Assembly (NCBI GenBank): GCA_965249675.1
Contig: OZ252250.1
Span: 2,461,372 to 2,525,371 of the forward strand
DNA length: 64,000 nt
Direction of reading: 5' to 3'
DNA from: Dehalococcoidia bacterium
GTDB taxonomy: Bacteria > Chloroflexota > Dehalococcoidia > UBA2979
The position numbers and the translations under genes were made by a program. The first letter of the stretch is position 1. Each line of letters opens with the position of its first letter. Below are positions 10,179 to 20,786 of the stretch, one piece after another. The notes under the pieces are model-generated. The model saw only the letters and a program-made list of their open reading frames with translations, had not been told where the DNA came from and searched no databases.

Positions 10179-11111
10179 TTGCTGATCTTCGGCGTCTTGA
10201 TCGTGAGTCTGTTGATCGCAGGTGGCTACGCTCTTGCCGGCCTCCACTACGCCGCTCTCCTGACGGGATCCAATCGACGGCGTCTTCGCGGCACCCCCGC
10301 CGACTTCGGGATGCGATTTCGGGAGGTCCGGTTCCTCAACGCCGATCAACTCACCCTTGCTGGCTGGCTCTTGGAATCACCTGGAGCGCGCGCCACAGTC
10401 GTGATCGTCCACAACCGCGACGGGAACCGATCAGATAGCCAGCACGCGTTACTGCGCTTGCAGACCGAATACGTGATGCGCGGCTTCAACGTCTTCGCCT
10501 TCGACCTCGCCGGGCGTGGCGAGTCGTCGGGACGGCGCGACCAGCTCGGTGATGCGGAGAGGCGTGATGTACGCGCCGCAGTCGCCTACGCCCACCGTCA
10601 GACCGCGGCGCTGCCAATCGTGGTCCACGGCTTCGGTTTCGGGGCTTCGCTGTCGCTCGATGTGGCGACTACGATGCCAGTCGTTGCCGCGGTGATCGCC
10701 GACTCGCCGATCGCCTCGATGCGTGACTTCTTGCGCGAGCACCACCGGCAGATTCCGCCGTTCCTCTTCCCGTTCACCTGCTGGCTGAGCCGCCGTATCT
10801 ACCGCTCCGACGTCGACGCTCTGGTGCCCATCGATCTGATGCACCGAGTGAAGCAACCGGTGCTCCTGATCCATGCCGAGGGTGACCCGGTGGTTCACCC
10901 GTCGCACACGCTCAATCTCGCGGCCGCATCCCTCAGCCCGAGAACGGAGACATGGCTGCTCGAGGGATGGGCGGGACACGCCACCTACTACCGCGAGCGA
11001 CCACATGCCTACATTCAGCGCTGCCTCGCCTTCATCGACCGTGCGCTACCGATGCGGCTCGTCGCTCCGGGGGTTCCCGCCGGCGCCCGCCCCGTCCCGT
11101 CGGCCGGCTAG
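10179..11111 (+). CDS. alpha/beta hydrolase with N-terminal membrane anchor
   Basis: N-terminal TM helix followed by hydrolase-fold segments (VVIVHNRDG, HGFGFGASL, HAEGDPVV). Confidence 0.6.
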   Translation: MLIFGVLIVSLLIAGGYALAGLHYAALLTGSNRRRLRGTPADFGMRFREVRFLNADQLTLAGWLLESPGARATVVIVHNRDGNRSDSQHALLRLQTEYVMRGFNVFAFDLAGRGESSGRRDQLGDAERRDVRAAVAYAHRQTAALPIVVHGFGFGASLSLDVATTMPVVAAVIADSPIASMRDFLREHHRQIPPFLFPFTCWLSRRIYRSDVDALVPIDLMHRVKQPVLLIHAEGDPVVHPSHTLNLAAASLSPRTETWLLEGWAGHATYYRERPHAYIQRCLAFIDRALPMRLVAPGVPAGARPVPSAG

Positions 11112-11133
11112 CGCACAGCCGATCACGAGGCTC

Positions 11134-12153
11134 ATGCCAGGCGCGACGCCGCAGCTAGCCGGTCTCCTCACCGATGTTGTGGGCATCCGGGTTGGGCACT
11201 GGACGAACCGGCGTGCGGCGACCGGCTGCACCGTCATCCTCTGTCCTCCTGGCACCGTCGGTGGCGTCGATGTGCGTGGCGCGGCCCCCGGCACGCGGGA
11301 GACCGATCTGCTCCGTCCAGGGAACACCATCGAGACGGTGCACGCGGTCCTGCTCTCGGGGGGCTCCGCCTTCGGCCTCGAGGCGGCGAGCGGCGTCATG
11401 GCGGAGCTGGCGGAGCGCGGCGTTGGCTTCGCCGTCGGGGAGCAGAGGGTCCCGATCGTGCCTGCGGCGGTCCTCTTTGACCTGGCCGTCGGCCGGCCCC
11501 TGCATCCTGACCAGATGGCGGGCCGCCGAGCGGTCCGGCGAGCGCGCCTGAGTCACTACGAACAGGGTTCGGTCGGTGCCGGCACCGGGGCGACGATCGC
11601 GAAGAGCGCCGGTCGCGAACACGCCCTCAAAGGCGGAATCGGTTCGGCCAGCGAGCAGCTTGGCGGCGGCGTCGTGGTGTCAGCCCTCGTTGCACTAAAC
11701 GCCGTGGGCGGGGTCCGCGACCCGAGAAGCGGCGCCCAGCTGGCCGCACCCCGCGCTGAACGAGGCCGCTTCCAGGACCTCGATAGCCTCGTGCGCAACG
11801 CGATCGGCCGGCCCGGGGCGGCGAGCGGGCCCGGGGAACACACGACACTCGCGGTCGTCGCCACCAACGCCCGTCTCACCAAGACCGAGACCAACCGCCT
11901 CGCGACGGTCGCTCACGACGGTTTCGGCGCGGCGATCTGGCCGGTCCACACGCGCGGAGACGGCGACGCGGTCTTTGCCCTGGCGACGGGACAGCTTGCG
12001 ATCGAGCGGTCGGATCTGACCAGCATCGAAGCCTACGCCGCTCTCGCGACCGAGCGGGCGATCATCAGCGCGGTCGAACACGCCGAAGGACTTGGCGGCT
12101 TCCCGTCGGCCTCTGAGTGGGCCCGACTCGGGGGCCTGCCTGCGGGTCGTTGA
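11134..12153 (+). CDS. P1/S58 family peptidase (DmpA-like aminopeptidase)
   Basis: GIRVGHWTNRRAATGCTVILCP and LLSGGSAFGLEAA motifs. ATG 11134 chosen because the longer track ORF (from 10873) overlaps the upstream gene. Confidence 0.7.
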   Translation: MPGATPQLAGLLTDVVGIRVGHWTNRRAATGCTVILCPPGTVGGVDVRGAAPGTRETDLLRPGNTIETVHAVLLSGGSAFGLEAASGVMAELAERGVGFAVGEQRVPIVPAAVLFDLAVGRPLHPDQMAGRRAVRRARLSHYEQGSVGAGTGATIAKSAGREHALKGGIGSASEQLGGGVVVSALVALNAVGGVRDPRSGAQLAAPRAERGRFQDLDSLVRNAIGRPGAASGPGEHTTLAVVATNARLTKTETNRLATVAHDGFGAAIWPVHTRGDGDAVFALATGQLAIERSDLTSIEAYAALATERAIISAVEHAEGLGGFPSASEWARLGGLPAGR

Positions 12154-12319
12154 CGGCCTCATCACCCGGCTTATACTGATCGCGCAGGCCGACCCCCCGG
12201 GGCGGTAGGCGTGTTCGTGGAGCCGCAGGCGAACCCTCTGTTGGGGCTGGCCTGCTCGCCTGAGACAGGGAGCGAGCGAAAGACCGCCTGGATCTCTCCG
12301 GGACCGGGACGGGAGTGTC

Positions 12320-13267
12320 ATGGCCAAGCGTGTGACCGTGCGAGATCTCCAGCGTCAGCGCGACCGCGGTGAACCGATCACGATGCTCACCGCGTACGAC
12401 TATCCCTCGGCGAAGCTCGCCGAAGAGGCCGGCATTCCGCTGATTCTGGTCGGTGACACACTGGGGATGGTGGTGCTCGGCTACGAGTCGACGATCCCGG
12501 TGACGGTCGATGAGATGATTCACCACGGTCGTGCGGTCGTGCGAGGGACCGCACGCGCCCACGTGGTTGTCGACATGCCATTCGGCTCGTACCAGGCGGG
12601 GTGGCAAGATGCGCTTCGCAACGCCACGAGGATCATGCAGGAGACGGGGTGCAGCTCGGTCAAGCTCGAAGGTGGTAAGCGCTCCGTCGAGACGGTTCGC
12701 CACCTCGTCGAGGCCGGCATTCCGGTGATGGGACACATCGGTCTCACACCCCAGTCCGTCAACCAGACCAGCGGGTTCCGGGTGCAGGGGAAGACCCCGC
12801 GCGACGCGGTCCACCTGATCGCCGATGCCAAAGAGCTGGCGGAGGCGGGCGCCTATGCGATCGTGCTGGAGCTCGTGCCGGCGGCGTTGGGCCAGATTCT
12901 GACGCAGCGCCTGACCGTGCCGACGATCGGTATCGGTGCCGGTCCCTTCTGCAGCGGCCAGGTCCAGGTCTGGCACGACATCCTCGGGCTCTACGACCAA
13001 CTCAAACCACGGCACGCTCGCCAATTCGCCCCGGTTGGACAGCTGATACGAGAGGCGATCACTCGCTACCGGACACAGGTCGAAGCCGGTGAGTTCCCCA
13101 GCGCCGCAGAGTCGTTCTATATGGATGAGCGCGCGCTCGCCTTGATCACGGCCCAGCTTCCCGGCCCGGATGCGGATCTGAGCGACGCCCAGCGGGTGCT
13201 CGCCGAGCACGACTACCACCTGGTCGCCCGTGCCGCCGAGTCCGCCGCGCCGCGCGAGGCGACCTAG
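12320..13267 (+). CDS. panB: 3-methyl-2-oxobutanoate hydroxymethyltransferase
   Basis: ITMLTAYDYPSAKLAEEAGIPLILVGDTLGMVVLGYESTIPVT; conserved panB-panC gene order. Confidence 0.9.
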   Translation: MAKRVTVRDLQRQRDRGEPITMLTAYDYPSAKLAEEAGIPLILVGDTLGMVVLGYESTIPVTVDEMIHHGRAVVRGTARAHVVVDMPFGSYQAGWQDALRNATRIMQETGCSSVKLEGGKRSVETVRHLVEAGIPVMGHIGLTPQSVNQTSGFRVQGKTPRDAVHLIADAKELAEAGAYAIVLELVPAALGQILTQRLTVPTIGIGAGPFCSGQVQVWHDILGLYDQLKPRHARQFAPVGQLIREAITRYRTQVEAGEFPSAAESFYMDERALALITAQLPGPDADLSDAQRVLAEHDYHLVARAAESAAPREAT

Positions 13268-13283
13268 CCCACCGGACGGGTAC

Positions 13284-14132
13284 ATGGAGATCGTTCGCAC
13301 GATTGCCGCCTATCGGCAGGCTCGTAGCGGCTTGCCCGGTCCAGTCGGCCTCGTGGCGACGCTCGGCGGCGTACACGAGGGCCATCTCTCGCTTGCCCGG
13401 GCGGCGCGGCGCGACTGTGCCAGCGTCGTCGGCTGGCTCTTCCTGAACCCCACGCAGTTTGGCGCTGGTGAAGACCTCGACCGCTACCCACGCGATGAGG
13501 AACGCGACCGGTCGCTGCTCGCTGAGAACGGCGTCGACCTCCTGCTGATCCCTGACGGGGCGGAGGTCTATCCCCCCGGCTTCGACACGCTGGTCCGGAT
13601 CGGGGGGATCACTGACCGACTCGAGGGTGCGCGCCGTCCCGGTCACTTCGACGGAGTCGCGACCGTAGTGCTCAAGCTGCTCAACATCATGCAGCCCGAC
13701 CGGGCCTACTTCGGGGAGAAGGACGCGCAGCAGCTTCGAGTCGTGCGCCAGCTCGTCCGCGATCTGAACCTGCCGTGCGAGATCGTCTCCTGCCCGACCG
13801 TACGCGACCCTGACGGGCTTGCACTCTCGTCGCGCAACGCCTACCTGACGCCCGATGAGCGGCGGCGCGCGCTCGCGATCCCGAGCGGCCTGAGGAGGGC
13901 CGAAGCGGCCTTCGAGCTCGGCGAGCGCGGCGCCCAGCGGCTCAGGCAGCTCGTCTCCGATGAACTCGACGCTACGTCGGGCCTGAGGGTCGACTACGTC
14001 TCGCTTGCCGACGACGACACCCTGGACGAGCTGGAGGGCGTGATCGAGCCTCCGGCACTACTCTCGGTGGCAGTCCACGTCGGCATGACGCACCTGATCG
14101 ACAACGTCACCCTGGGCGGCCCAGCGAGCTGA
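13284..14132 (+). CDS. panC: pantoate--beta-alanine ligase
   Basis: VATLGGVHEGHLSL (HxGH nucleotidyltransferase motif); YFGEKDAQQLRVV; internal ATG 13284 preferred over the ORF-track start. Confidence 0.9.
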   Translation: MEIVRTIAAYRQARSGLPGPVGLVATLGGVHEGHLSLARAARRDCASVVGWLFLNPTQFGAGEDLDRYPRDEERDRSLLAENGVDLLLIPDGAEVYPPGFDTLVRIGGITDRLEGARRPGHFDGVATVVLKLLNIMQPDRAYFGEKDAQQLRVVRQLVRDLNLPCEIVSCPTVRDPDGLALSSRNAYLTPDERRRALAIPSGLRRAEAAFELGERGAQRLRQLVSDELDATSGLRVDYVSLADDDTLDELEGVIEPPALLSVAVHVGMTHLIDNVTLGGPAS

Positions 14133-14239
14133 TGTCGGGGGCCGATGCCCTCCTCCCGGGTCTGGTGTGCGGGCTGCGCCCGAGTGGCTAAGATGGTGTG
14201 GGAGGGGGCCTGGGGCACTCCCTGGCACGGAGGTCAGCG

Positions 14240-14992
14240 ATGTCTGGTCACTCGAAGTGGTCGTCGATCAAACACAAGAAGGCGGCGATCGACTCGAAGC
14301 GGGGCCAACTCTTCACCAAGCTGGCACGCGATGTCACGATGGCGGCGCGGGGCGGCGCGGACCCGGAGATGAACGCGGCACTGCGTCTCGCGATCCAGAA
14401 GGCCAAAGACTCCAACATGCCCAACGCGAATATCGATCGCGCGATTCAGCGCGGTGCCGGTGGGAATGAGGCGGACCACCTCGAGGAGATCACATACGAG
14501 GGCTATGGTCCCGGCGGCACCGCCATCCTCGTCGACGCCGTCACCGAGAATCGCAATCGTACGGTCGCCGAGGTGCGGCTCGCCTTCTCTCGCGGAGGCG
14601 GCAGCCTCGCTGAGAATGGGGCGGTTGGGTGGCAGTTCAACCTGAAAGGCCTGATCACCATCGCTGTCTCAGGTGGCGATCGCGACGAGATCCAGCTGAT
14701 CGCGATCGAGGCCGGGGCAGAGGACGTCAGTCTCTCCGGTGACGGCGAGACGATCGAGGTGATTACCGAACCAGAAGCAACCGAGGCGGTCCGCGCATCC
14801 CTCACCGGCGCCGGCCTCAGTGTGGAGAGTGCCGAAGTCCTGCAGGTTCCCCAGAACACGGTGAGCCTCGAAGAGCGGGACGCGGCCGCCACCCTGAGAA
14901 TGCTGGAGCGGCTCGACGACCTCGACGATGTCTCGCGGGTCTACTCGAACGCGGAGTTCGCCGACTCCGTGATCGCGGCAGTCGGCGGATAG
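14240..14992 (+). CDS. yebC: YebC/PmpR family DNA-binding transcriptional regulator
   Basis: MSGHSKWSSIKHKKAAIDSKRGQLFTKL N-terminus typical of the family. Confidence 0.85.
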   Translation: MSGHSKWSSIKHKKAAIDSKRGQLFTKLARDVTMAARGGADPEMNAALRLAIQKAKDSNMPNANIDRAIQRGAGGNEADHLEEITYEGYGPGGTAILVDAVTENRNRTVAEVRLAFSRGGGSLAENGAVGWQFNLKGLITIAVSGGDRDEIQLIAIEAGAEDVSLSGDGETIEVITEPEATEAVRASLTGAGLSVESAEVLQVPQNTVSLEERDAAATLRMLERLDDLDDVSRVYSNAEFADSVIAAVGG

Positions 14993-15027
14993 GACCAGCC
15001 GCCGTGAGCGGAAGTGATCTGCCGGCC

Positions 15028-15528
15028 ATGCCCCGCCGCATCCTCGGGATCGACCCCGGACTAACGGTTAGCGGCTGGGCCGTCGTCGACGGCGACGGGA
15101 ACCTCGCGAGCGCGGTCGATTTCGGCACCATCAAGACCAGCAGCAAGGACCCGCGCTCTGCGCGGTTGGGACAGGTCGCCTCCCGTGTGCGAGATCTGAT
15201 CCGCCACTTCGGGCCGGCAGAGCTGGCGCTTGAGCAGCATTTTGTCGCCGTCAATGTCCGTTCGGCCATGGTGATCGGCGAGGCTCGTGCCGCGGCGATG
15301 GTGGCGGCGGCCGACTGCCGGATCCCGGTGCTGGAGTACTCGCCGACGAGCGTCAAGGAGGCGGTCACCGGCTGGGGTGGGGCCCCCAAGGAACAGGTCC
15401 GCCAGATGGTCACCGTCCAGCTCGGGCTGGCGGAGGAACCAAGCCCCCTGGACATCTCCGATGCGATGGCGATCGCGTTGACTCGACTCGCCGAGCTACG
15501 GCTCGAGCAGGCACTGGCTCGCTCATGA
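15028..15528 (+). CDS. ruvC: crossover junction endodeoxyribonuclease RuvC
   Basis: ILGIDPGLTVSGWAVVD catalytic start; family-typical length; alternative start 15004. Confidence 0.85.
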   Translation: MPRRILGIDPGLTVSGWAVVDGDGNLASAVDFGTIKTSSKDPRSARLGQVASRVRDLIRHFGPAELALEQHFVAVNVRSAMVIGEARAAAMVAAADCRIPVLEYSPTSVKEAVTGWGGAPKEQVRQMVTVQLGLAEEPSPLDISDAMAIALTRLAELRLEQALARS

Positions 15529-16145
15529 TCGTCTCGTTGGAGGGCACACTGACCCACTGGGACGCCGAGGGCTCGGTGGCCTGGGTGGAGGTCGGTGGTG
15601 TCGGCTACGAGGTGCGCATCCCGGCCTTCGCCCACAGCTGGGTCGAAGGCCACGAACTCGGTCAGGGGCTCCGTCTGCACACCTACTACCACGCCTCGGA
15701 GCGTCAGCCAGTACCGCTCCTGATCGGCTTTCAGCACGAGCAGGAGCGCCAGTTCTTCCGCAAGTTCATCGATGTCCCAGATGTTGGCCCAATCAAGGCC
15801 GTGCGAGCCCTCACACACCCGGTTTCTCAGATCGCCTCCTGGGTCGAAGCAGAGGATGCACACGCACTCCAGCAACTTCCCGGCATCGGGCTGCGTCTCT
15901 CGCAGACCATCATCGCAAACCTGCAGGGGCGTCTCGTCGACCTGCTCGGTACCGATTTCGAGGGCGACACAACGGTTACGACGGCGCGAGCGCTCGTCGA
16001 AGATGCCGTGGCCGCCCTCGAGGCCCTGCAGTTCCCTGCACGGGAGGCGGAACGACTGGTGACGGATAGACTCCGACGAGCGCCGCCGGTCACCGAGCTG
16101 GAAGAGCTACTCCGCCAGATCCTCGAAGAGCAGGCCCCGGCGTGA
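15525..16145 (+). CDS. ruvA: Holliday junction DNA helicase subunit RuvA
   Basis: MIVSLEGTL...VEVGGVGYEV N-terminal OB domain; 4-nt overlap with ruvC. Confidence 0.85.
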   Translation: MIVSLEGTLTHWDAEGSVAWVEVGGVGYEVRIPAFAHSWVEGHELGQGLRLHTYYHASERQPVPLLIGFQHEQERQFFRKFIDVPDVGPIKAVRALTHPVSQIASWVEAEDAHALQQLPGIGLRLSQTIIANLQGRLVDLLGTDFEGDTTVTTARALVEDAVAALEALQFPAREAERLVTDRLRRAPPVTELEELLRQILEEQAPA

Positions 16146-16227
16146 GCGTCGCCTCCTGGCGCGATGCGCAGGTCACCACGGGGAGCCCCGCCCGCGGCAG
16201 GCGAGCGGCCCGAGCGAGGTGTGAGCG

Positions 16228-18318
16228 ATGACCCAGACCGAACCCCGGGCGTCTACCGAGAGCGCGAACTTCCAGGTCGTGAGCGATTTCGAGATGACCG
16301 GCGACCAGCCCGGGGCAGTTGCGGAGATCGTCGAGGGGCTCGAACAGGGAGCGCGCGCGGTGACCCTCCTCGGCGCCACCGGCACCGGCAAGACCTTCAC
16401 AATGGCGAACGTGCTCGAGCGCTACCAGCGTCCGACGCTAGTGCTCGCGCCGAACCGGACCCTCGCCGCACAGCTGGTGAGCGAGCTCCGCGAATTCTTC
16501 CCACACAATGCCGTTGAGTACTTCGTCTCCTACTACGACTACTACCAGCCTGAGGCCTACATCCCCCGCTCCGACACCTACATTGCCAAGGATGCCGATA
16601 TCAACGACGAGATCGACAAGATGCGACACGCCTCGACGAAGGCGCTCTTCGAGCGGCGCGACGTGGTGATCGTGGCCTCGATCTCATGCATCTACGGCCT
16701 CGGTGAGCCGGGCGAGTACCAGGGGTTCGTGGTCAGGCTATTCCGTGGCAGGCACGTCAACCGCTCCTCGCTGATCCGCCAGCTGGTCGAGATGCAGTAC
16801 GCGCGCAACGATCTGAGCCTGCTCCGCGGCACGTTCCGCGTGCGTGGCGATTCGCTGACCATCTTTCCGGCCTACGAGGATCTGGCGGTGCGTGTTGATT
16901 TCTGGGGCGACGAGATCGAGCGCATCGCGACGCTCGATCCCCTGACCGGCGAGATCCTTGAGGAGACCGAAGAGTCGGCGATCTACCCGGCCAAGCACTT
17001 CGTCACCTCGAAGGAGCGACTTGAGGAGGCGATTGTGGCGATCGAGGCGGAACTCGGCGAGGAGGCTCCCCGTCTGCGTTCCGAGGGGAAGTTGCTCGAG
17101 GCGCAGCGGCTCGAGGAGCGCACACGCTATGACCTGGAGACGCTGCGCGAGGTCGGCTACTGCTCGGGGATTGAGAACTACTCGAGGCATCTCGCCGGTC
17201 GGGCCGCGGGATCGACGCCGTGGACGCTGCTCGACTACTTCCCCGACGACTGGCTGATCTTCATCGATGAATCGCACATCGCCATCCCGCAGGCAGGCGC
17301 AATGTACCGGGGCGACGCCTCGCGGAAGCAGACGCTCGTCGAGTACGGCTTCCGGCTGCCCTCGGCACTCGACAATCGGCCACTCACGTTCGAGGAGTTC
17401 GAGGAGCACATCAACCAGGTGGTCTTCCTCTCAGCGACTCCCGGTCCCTACGAACGAGCGGTCTCGACGCGGATCGTCGAGCAGGTGATCAGACCGACGG
17501 GCATCCTCGATCCGGAGGTTGACGTGCGGCCGACCCGTGGCCAGATCGACGACCTCCTCTCCGAGGTTCGCGCCCGCGCGGCCAGGGGCGAGCGGACGCT
17601 GGTAACCACGCTCACGAAGAAGATGTCCGAGGACCTCAACGATTTCCTGCAGGAGATGGGCGTCAAGTCGATGTACCTGCACTCTGAGATCGACACGCTG
17701 GGCAGGATCGACATCCTGCGCGACCTGCGGATCGGTGTCTACGACGTGATCGTCGGGATCAACCTCCTGCGTGAGGGGCTCGATCTCCCGGAGGTGTCGC
17801 TAGTCTGCATTCTTGATGCCGACAAGGAAGGTTACCTGCGATCTGGCGGTGCGCTGGTGCAGACCATGGGGCGGGCCGCCCGCCACCCGATGGGTCTGGT
17901 CATCATGTACGCGGACCGTATGACGGCGTCGATGCAGAACGCGATCGATGAGACCGAGCGTCGGCGCCAGGTGCAGCGTGCTCACAATGAGCAGCACCAG
18001 ATCACACCGCTGGGGATCTCCAAGGCAATTCGCGACATCACCGATACGATCCGCGAGGCGGAGCCCGAGGCGGCCTCCTACAGCCAGACCTCGGATCTGC
18101 CGCGAGACGAGTTGACGCGGCTGGTCAAGGAGCTCGAGCGTCAGATGAAGCAGGCGGCGAAGGAGCTCGACTTCGAGCGGGCCGCGCTCCTTCGTGACCA
18201 GGTAACTGAGCTGCGGCGGGAGCTCGTGGGTGGCGACTCGCCCGAGGCGCTGCGGTCCCTGGCGTCGAACACGCAACGTCCATCGCAGCGCCGGATCCGT
18301 GGCGGACGCAGCCGATAG
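16228..18318 (+). CDS. uvrB: excinuclease ABC subunit B
   Basis: Walker [10 protein letters not shown], helicase motifs, C-terminal UVR domain ([13 protein letters not shown]). Confidence 0.95.
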   Translation: MTQTEPRASTESANFQVVSDFEMTGDQPGAVAEIVEGLEQGARAVTLLGATGTGKTFTMANVLERYQRPTLVLAPNRTLAAQLVSELREFFPHNAVEYFVSYYDYYQPEAYIPRSDTYIAKDADINDEIDKMRHASTKALFERRDVVIVASISCIYGLGEPGEYQGFVVRLFRGRHVNRSSLIRQLVEMQYARNDLSLLRGTFRVRGDSLTIFPAYEDLAVRVDFWGDEIERIATLDPLTGEILEETEESAIYPAKHFVTSKERLEEAIVAIEAELGEEAPRLRSEGKLLEAQRLEERTRYDLETLREVGYCSGIENYSRHLAGRAAGSTPWTLLDYFPDDWLIFIDESHIAIPQAGAMYRGDASRKQTLVEYGFRLPSALDNRPLTFEEFEEHINQVVFLSATPGPYERAVSTRIVEQVIRPTGILDPEVDVRPTRGQIDDLLSEVRARAARGERTLVTTLTKKMSEDLNDFLQEMGVKSMYLHSEIDTLGRIDILRDLRIGVYDVIVGINLLREGLDLPEVSLVCILDADKEGYLRSGGALVQTMGRAARHPMGLVIMYADRMTASMQNAIDETERRRQVQRAHNEQHQITPLGISKAIRDITDTIREAEPEAASYSQTSDLPRDELTRLVKELERQMKQAAKELDFERAALLRDQVTELRRELVGGDSPEALRSLASNTQRPSQRRIRGGRSR

Positions 18319-18332
18319 TCTCGCTCGTCTAT

Positions 18333-18354
18333 CGGCGACCTGCTCCCGTCGCCG
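18333..18354 (+). terminator. candidate uvrB terminator hairpin (CGGCGAC-loop-GTCGCCG), no U-tract
   Basis: Perfect 7-bp inverted repeat 15 nt after the uvrB stop. Confidence 0.3.
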
Positions 18355-18429
18355 ACGTGACTCGACACCGGGATGTCGAGCTGGAACGCGGGAGCTGTCT
18401 CCGGCATGTGAGTGGTCAGTTTCGCCTAG

Positions 18430-19623
18430 GGACGCTCTGAACTGGCCGCGAAATGCGGCCGATCAGGCTCTTCTGGGGCGTTCAATCGCTTGATGGTCAG
18501 GAATGCGGCCTGATCGGGGCTCGCGAGCGGCTCTGCGAGTGCCGTTTGGCGCTCGCTGCGGGATTCTGGGCGCACTGCGCCGTTGTTACGCAGCAAGTTG
18601 GCGCTCCGCTCGAACCATGTTGGCCAGCCCCAACAGCAACGCGAGCCGCTGCGTGTTCTTGAACAATCCGCGGTAGCGGACCTTGGCGTAGCCGAAGCGC
18701 ACCTTCACGATCTGGAACGGATGCTCGACCTTCGCACGCACGGAGGCCTTGCGCTTCTCTTCGAGCCACTCCTCACCCTCCCGGTCGAGCAGTCGCCGCT
18801 TGCCCGGTCGCATGGCAACCTGCCACTGCACCGCACGCTCGCGCTGCTCCAGACGTTTTCCGATGCCCTGGTAGCCCGCATCGCCACAGACCAGCCTTTC
18901 GTTGCCGTGCAGCAGGTCGGGCGCCGCGGTGATGTCGCTCACGTTCGCCGCCGTCGTGTGGAGGCTGTGCACGATGCCGCTCTCAGAGTCCACCCCGATG
19001 TGCAACTTCATCCCGAAGTACCACTGGTTTCCCTTGCGCGTCTGGTGCATCTCGGGATCCCGTGCTCTGGCCCGATTCCTGGTCGACGAGGGGGCGCTGA
19101 TGGTACTGGCATCAACCACAGTCCCCTGTCTCAACTGCAGTCCTTCCGCCTCCAGATGGCGGTTGATCTCCTCGAGCAATCCCCTCCCCAGCGCGGCCGC
19201 CTCCAGCCGGTGGCGGAAGTTGAGAATCGTCGTCTCATCGGGGATCGCGTCCGATAGCCTGAGCCCCACGAAGCGCTGCACGGTGAGATTCTCGTACAGC
19301 GCGTCCTCCATCGCCGGGTCGCTGAGGTTGTCGACCAGTTGCACGATGTGCACCCGCAGCATCAGTGACAGTGGGTAGGGCTGGCGCCCCCGTCCCGGCA
19401 TCGGGTAGTGGGGCGCAATGCGCTGCTCGAGTTGCCGCCACGGAACCAGCCGATCGAGTCGTTCCAGAAACCGCTCCCGGCGAGTCGTTCGCTTCTTCGC
19501 GTCGTAGTACAGCTCCGCGAACGTTGCCTCGCCCATCGCGCTCACCTCGTCATCTGGTCGAATGCCATACCATCCCGTGTAGGCATCTTAACAGATCATG
19601 CGGGTCTGTTCAGAGCGTCCCTA
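18430..19623 (-). mobile_element. IS5-family insertion sequence, copy 1 (1194 bp)
   Basis: Terminal inverted repeats GGACGCTCTGAAC at both ends; CTAG on one flank, CTAA on the other (shared with copy 2); near-identical to the copies at 45441 and 58921. Confidence 0.9.
18586..19545 (-). CDS. IS5-family DDE transposase (319 aa)
   Basis: Strong similarity to E. coli IS5 transposase (RPYPLSLMLRVHIVQ, DPEMHQTRKGNQWYFGMKLHIGVD, RAKVEHPFQIVKVRFGY). Confidence 0.95.
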   Translation of the reverse strand: MSAMGEATFAELYYDAKKRTTRRERFLERLDRLVPWRQLEQRIAPHYPMPGRGRQPYPLSLMLRVHIVQLVDNLSDPAMEDALYENLTVQRFVGLRLSDAIPDETTILNFRHRLEAAALGRGLLEEINRHLEAEGLQLRQGTVVDASTISAPSSTRNRARARDPEMHQTRKGNQWYFGMKLHIGVDSESGIVHSLHTTAANVSDITAAPDLLHGNERLVCGDAGYQGIGKRLEQRERAVQWQVAMRPGKRRLLDREGEEWLEEKRKASVRAKVEHPFQIVKVRFGYAKVRYRGLFKNTQRLALLLGLANMVRAERQLAA

Positions 19624-19627
19624 AGGA

Positions 19628-20785
19628 AGCTCTGAACTGGGAGCAGAATACGGCCGATCAGGCGGTTTCGGGACGTTCAGTCGCTTGATGGTCGGGGATG
19701 CGGCCTGATCGAGGCTCGCGAGAGGCTCTGCGAGTGCCGTTTGGCGCTCGATGCGGGATTCTGGGCGCACTGGGCCCTGGTTACGTAGCAAGTTGGCGCT
19801 CCGCTCGAACCACGTTGGCCAGTCCCAACAGCAACGCCAACCGCTGCGTGTTCTTGAACAGTCCGCGGTAGCGGACCTTGGCGTAGCCGAACCGCACCTT
19901 CACGATCTGGAACGGATGCTCGACCTTCGCGCGCAGCGAGGTCTTGCCCCGCTCCTCGAGCCACTCCTCACCCTCGGCGTCGAGCAATCGTCGCATCCCC
20001 GGTCGCATGGCAACCTGCCACTGCACCGCACGCTGGCGGTGCTCCAGACGTTTGCCGATGCCCTGGTACCCCGCATCGCCACAGACCAGCGTCTCGTCGC
20101 CGTGCAGCAGGTACGACACCTCGCTGATGTCGCTGACGTTCGCCGCCGTCGTGTGCAGGCTGTGCACGATGCCGCTCTCCGAGTCCACCCCGATGTGCAA
20201 CTTCATCCCGAAGTACCACTGGTTTTGGCGCGATTCCTCGTCGACGCCGGGGCGCTGATGATACTGGCATCGACGATCGTCCCGGACTGCGCTCGGAGCC
20301 GCAGCCCCTGTGCCTGCAGATGGCGGTTGATCTCTCCGAGCAAGCCCGTCCCCAGCGCGGACGCCTCCAGCCGATGGCGGAAGTTGAGAATCGTCGTCTC
20401 ATCGGGGATCGCGTCCGATAGCCTGAGCCCCACGAAGCGCTGCACGGTGAGATTCTCGTACAGCGCGTCCTCCATCGCCGGGTCGCTGAGGTTGTCGACC
20501 AGTTGCACGATGTGCACCCGCAGCATCAGTGAGAGCGGGTAGGGCTGGCGCCCCCGTCCCGGCATCGGGTAGTGGGGCGCAATGCGCTGCTCGAGTTGCC
20601 GCCACGGAACCAGCCGATCGAGTCGTTCCAGAAACCGCTCCCGGCGCGTCGTTCGCTTCTTCGCGTCGTAGTACAGCTCCGCGAACGTTGCCTCGCCCAT
20701 CGCGCTCACCTCGTCATCTGGTCGAATGCCATACCATCCCGTGTAGGCATCTTAACAGATCATGCGGGTCTGTTCAGAGCGTCCT
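19628..20785 (-). mobile_element. IS5-family insertion sequence, copy 2: diverged (~90% nt identity) with a 38-bp internal deletion
   Basis: Same terminal repeats (GGAAGCTCTGAAC / GGACGCTCTGAAC). Lies 4 bp (CTAA) from copy 1 in the same orientation; the other flank is the GUGCG 5' end of the group II intron. Confidence 0.85.
19781..20709 (-). pseudogene. IS5-family transposase, disrupted by internal deletion and frameshift
   Basis: N-terminal part (20203-20709) and C-terminal part (19781-20206) fall in different frames; compared with copy 1, 38 bp are deleted around STRNRA.../NQWYFGMK. Confidence 0.85.
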
Positions 20786-20786
20786 G

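Noticed and set aside
10873-12153. 426-aa version of the DmpA-like peptidase ORF
   Set aside because: The first 87 codons overlap the alpha/beta hydrolase gene and have no similarity to the family; internal ATG at 11134 gives a family-typical protein.
12065-13300. 411-aa minus-strand ORF
   Set aside because: Antisense to panB/panC start; no recognisable domain.
14817-15875. 352-aa minus-strand ORF
   Set aside because: Antisense to yebC/ruvC/ruvA; Arg/Ser/Pro-rich.
18430-20785. IS5 copies 1 and 2 as a composite transposon
   Set aside because: They are only 4 bp apart with no passenger DNA between them, so this is a tandem insertion rather than a cargo-carrying composite.
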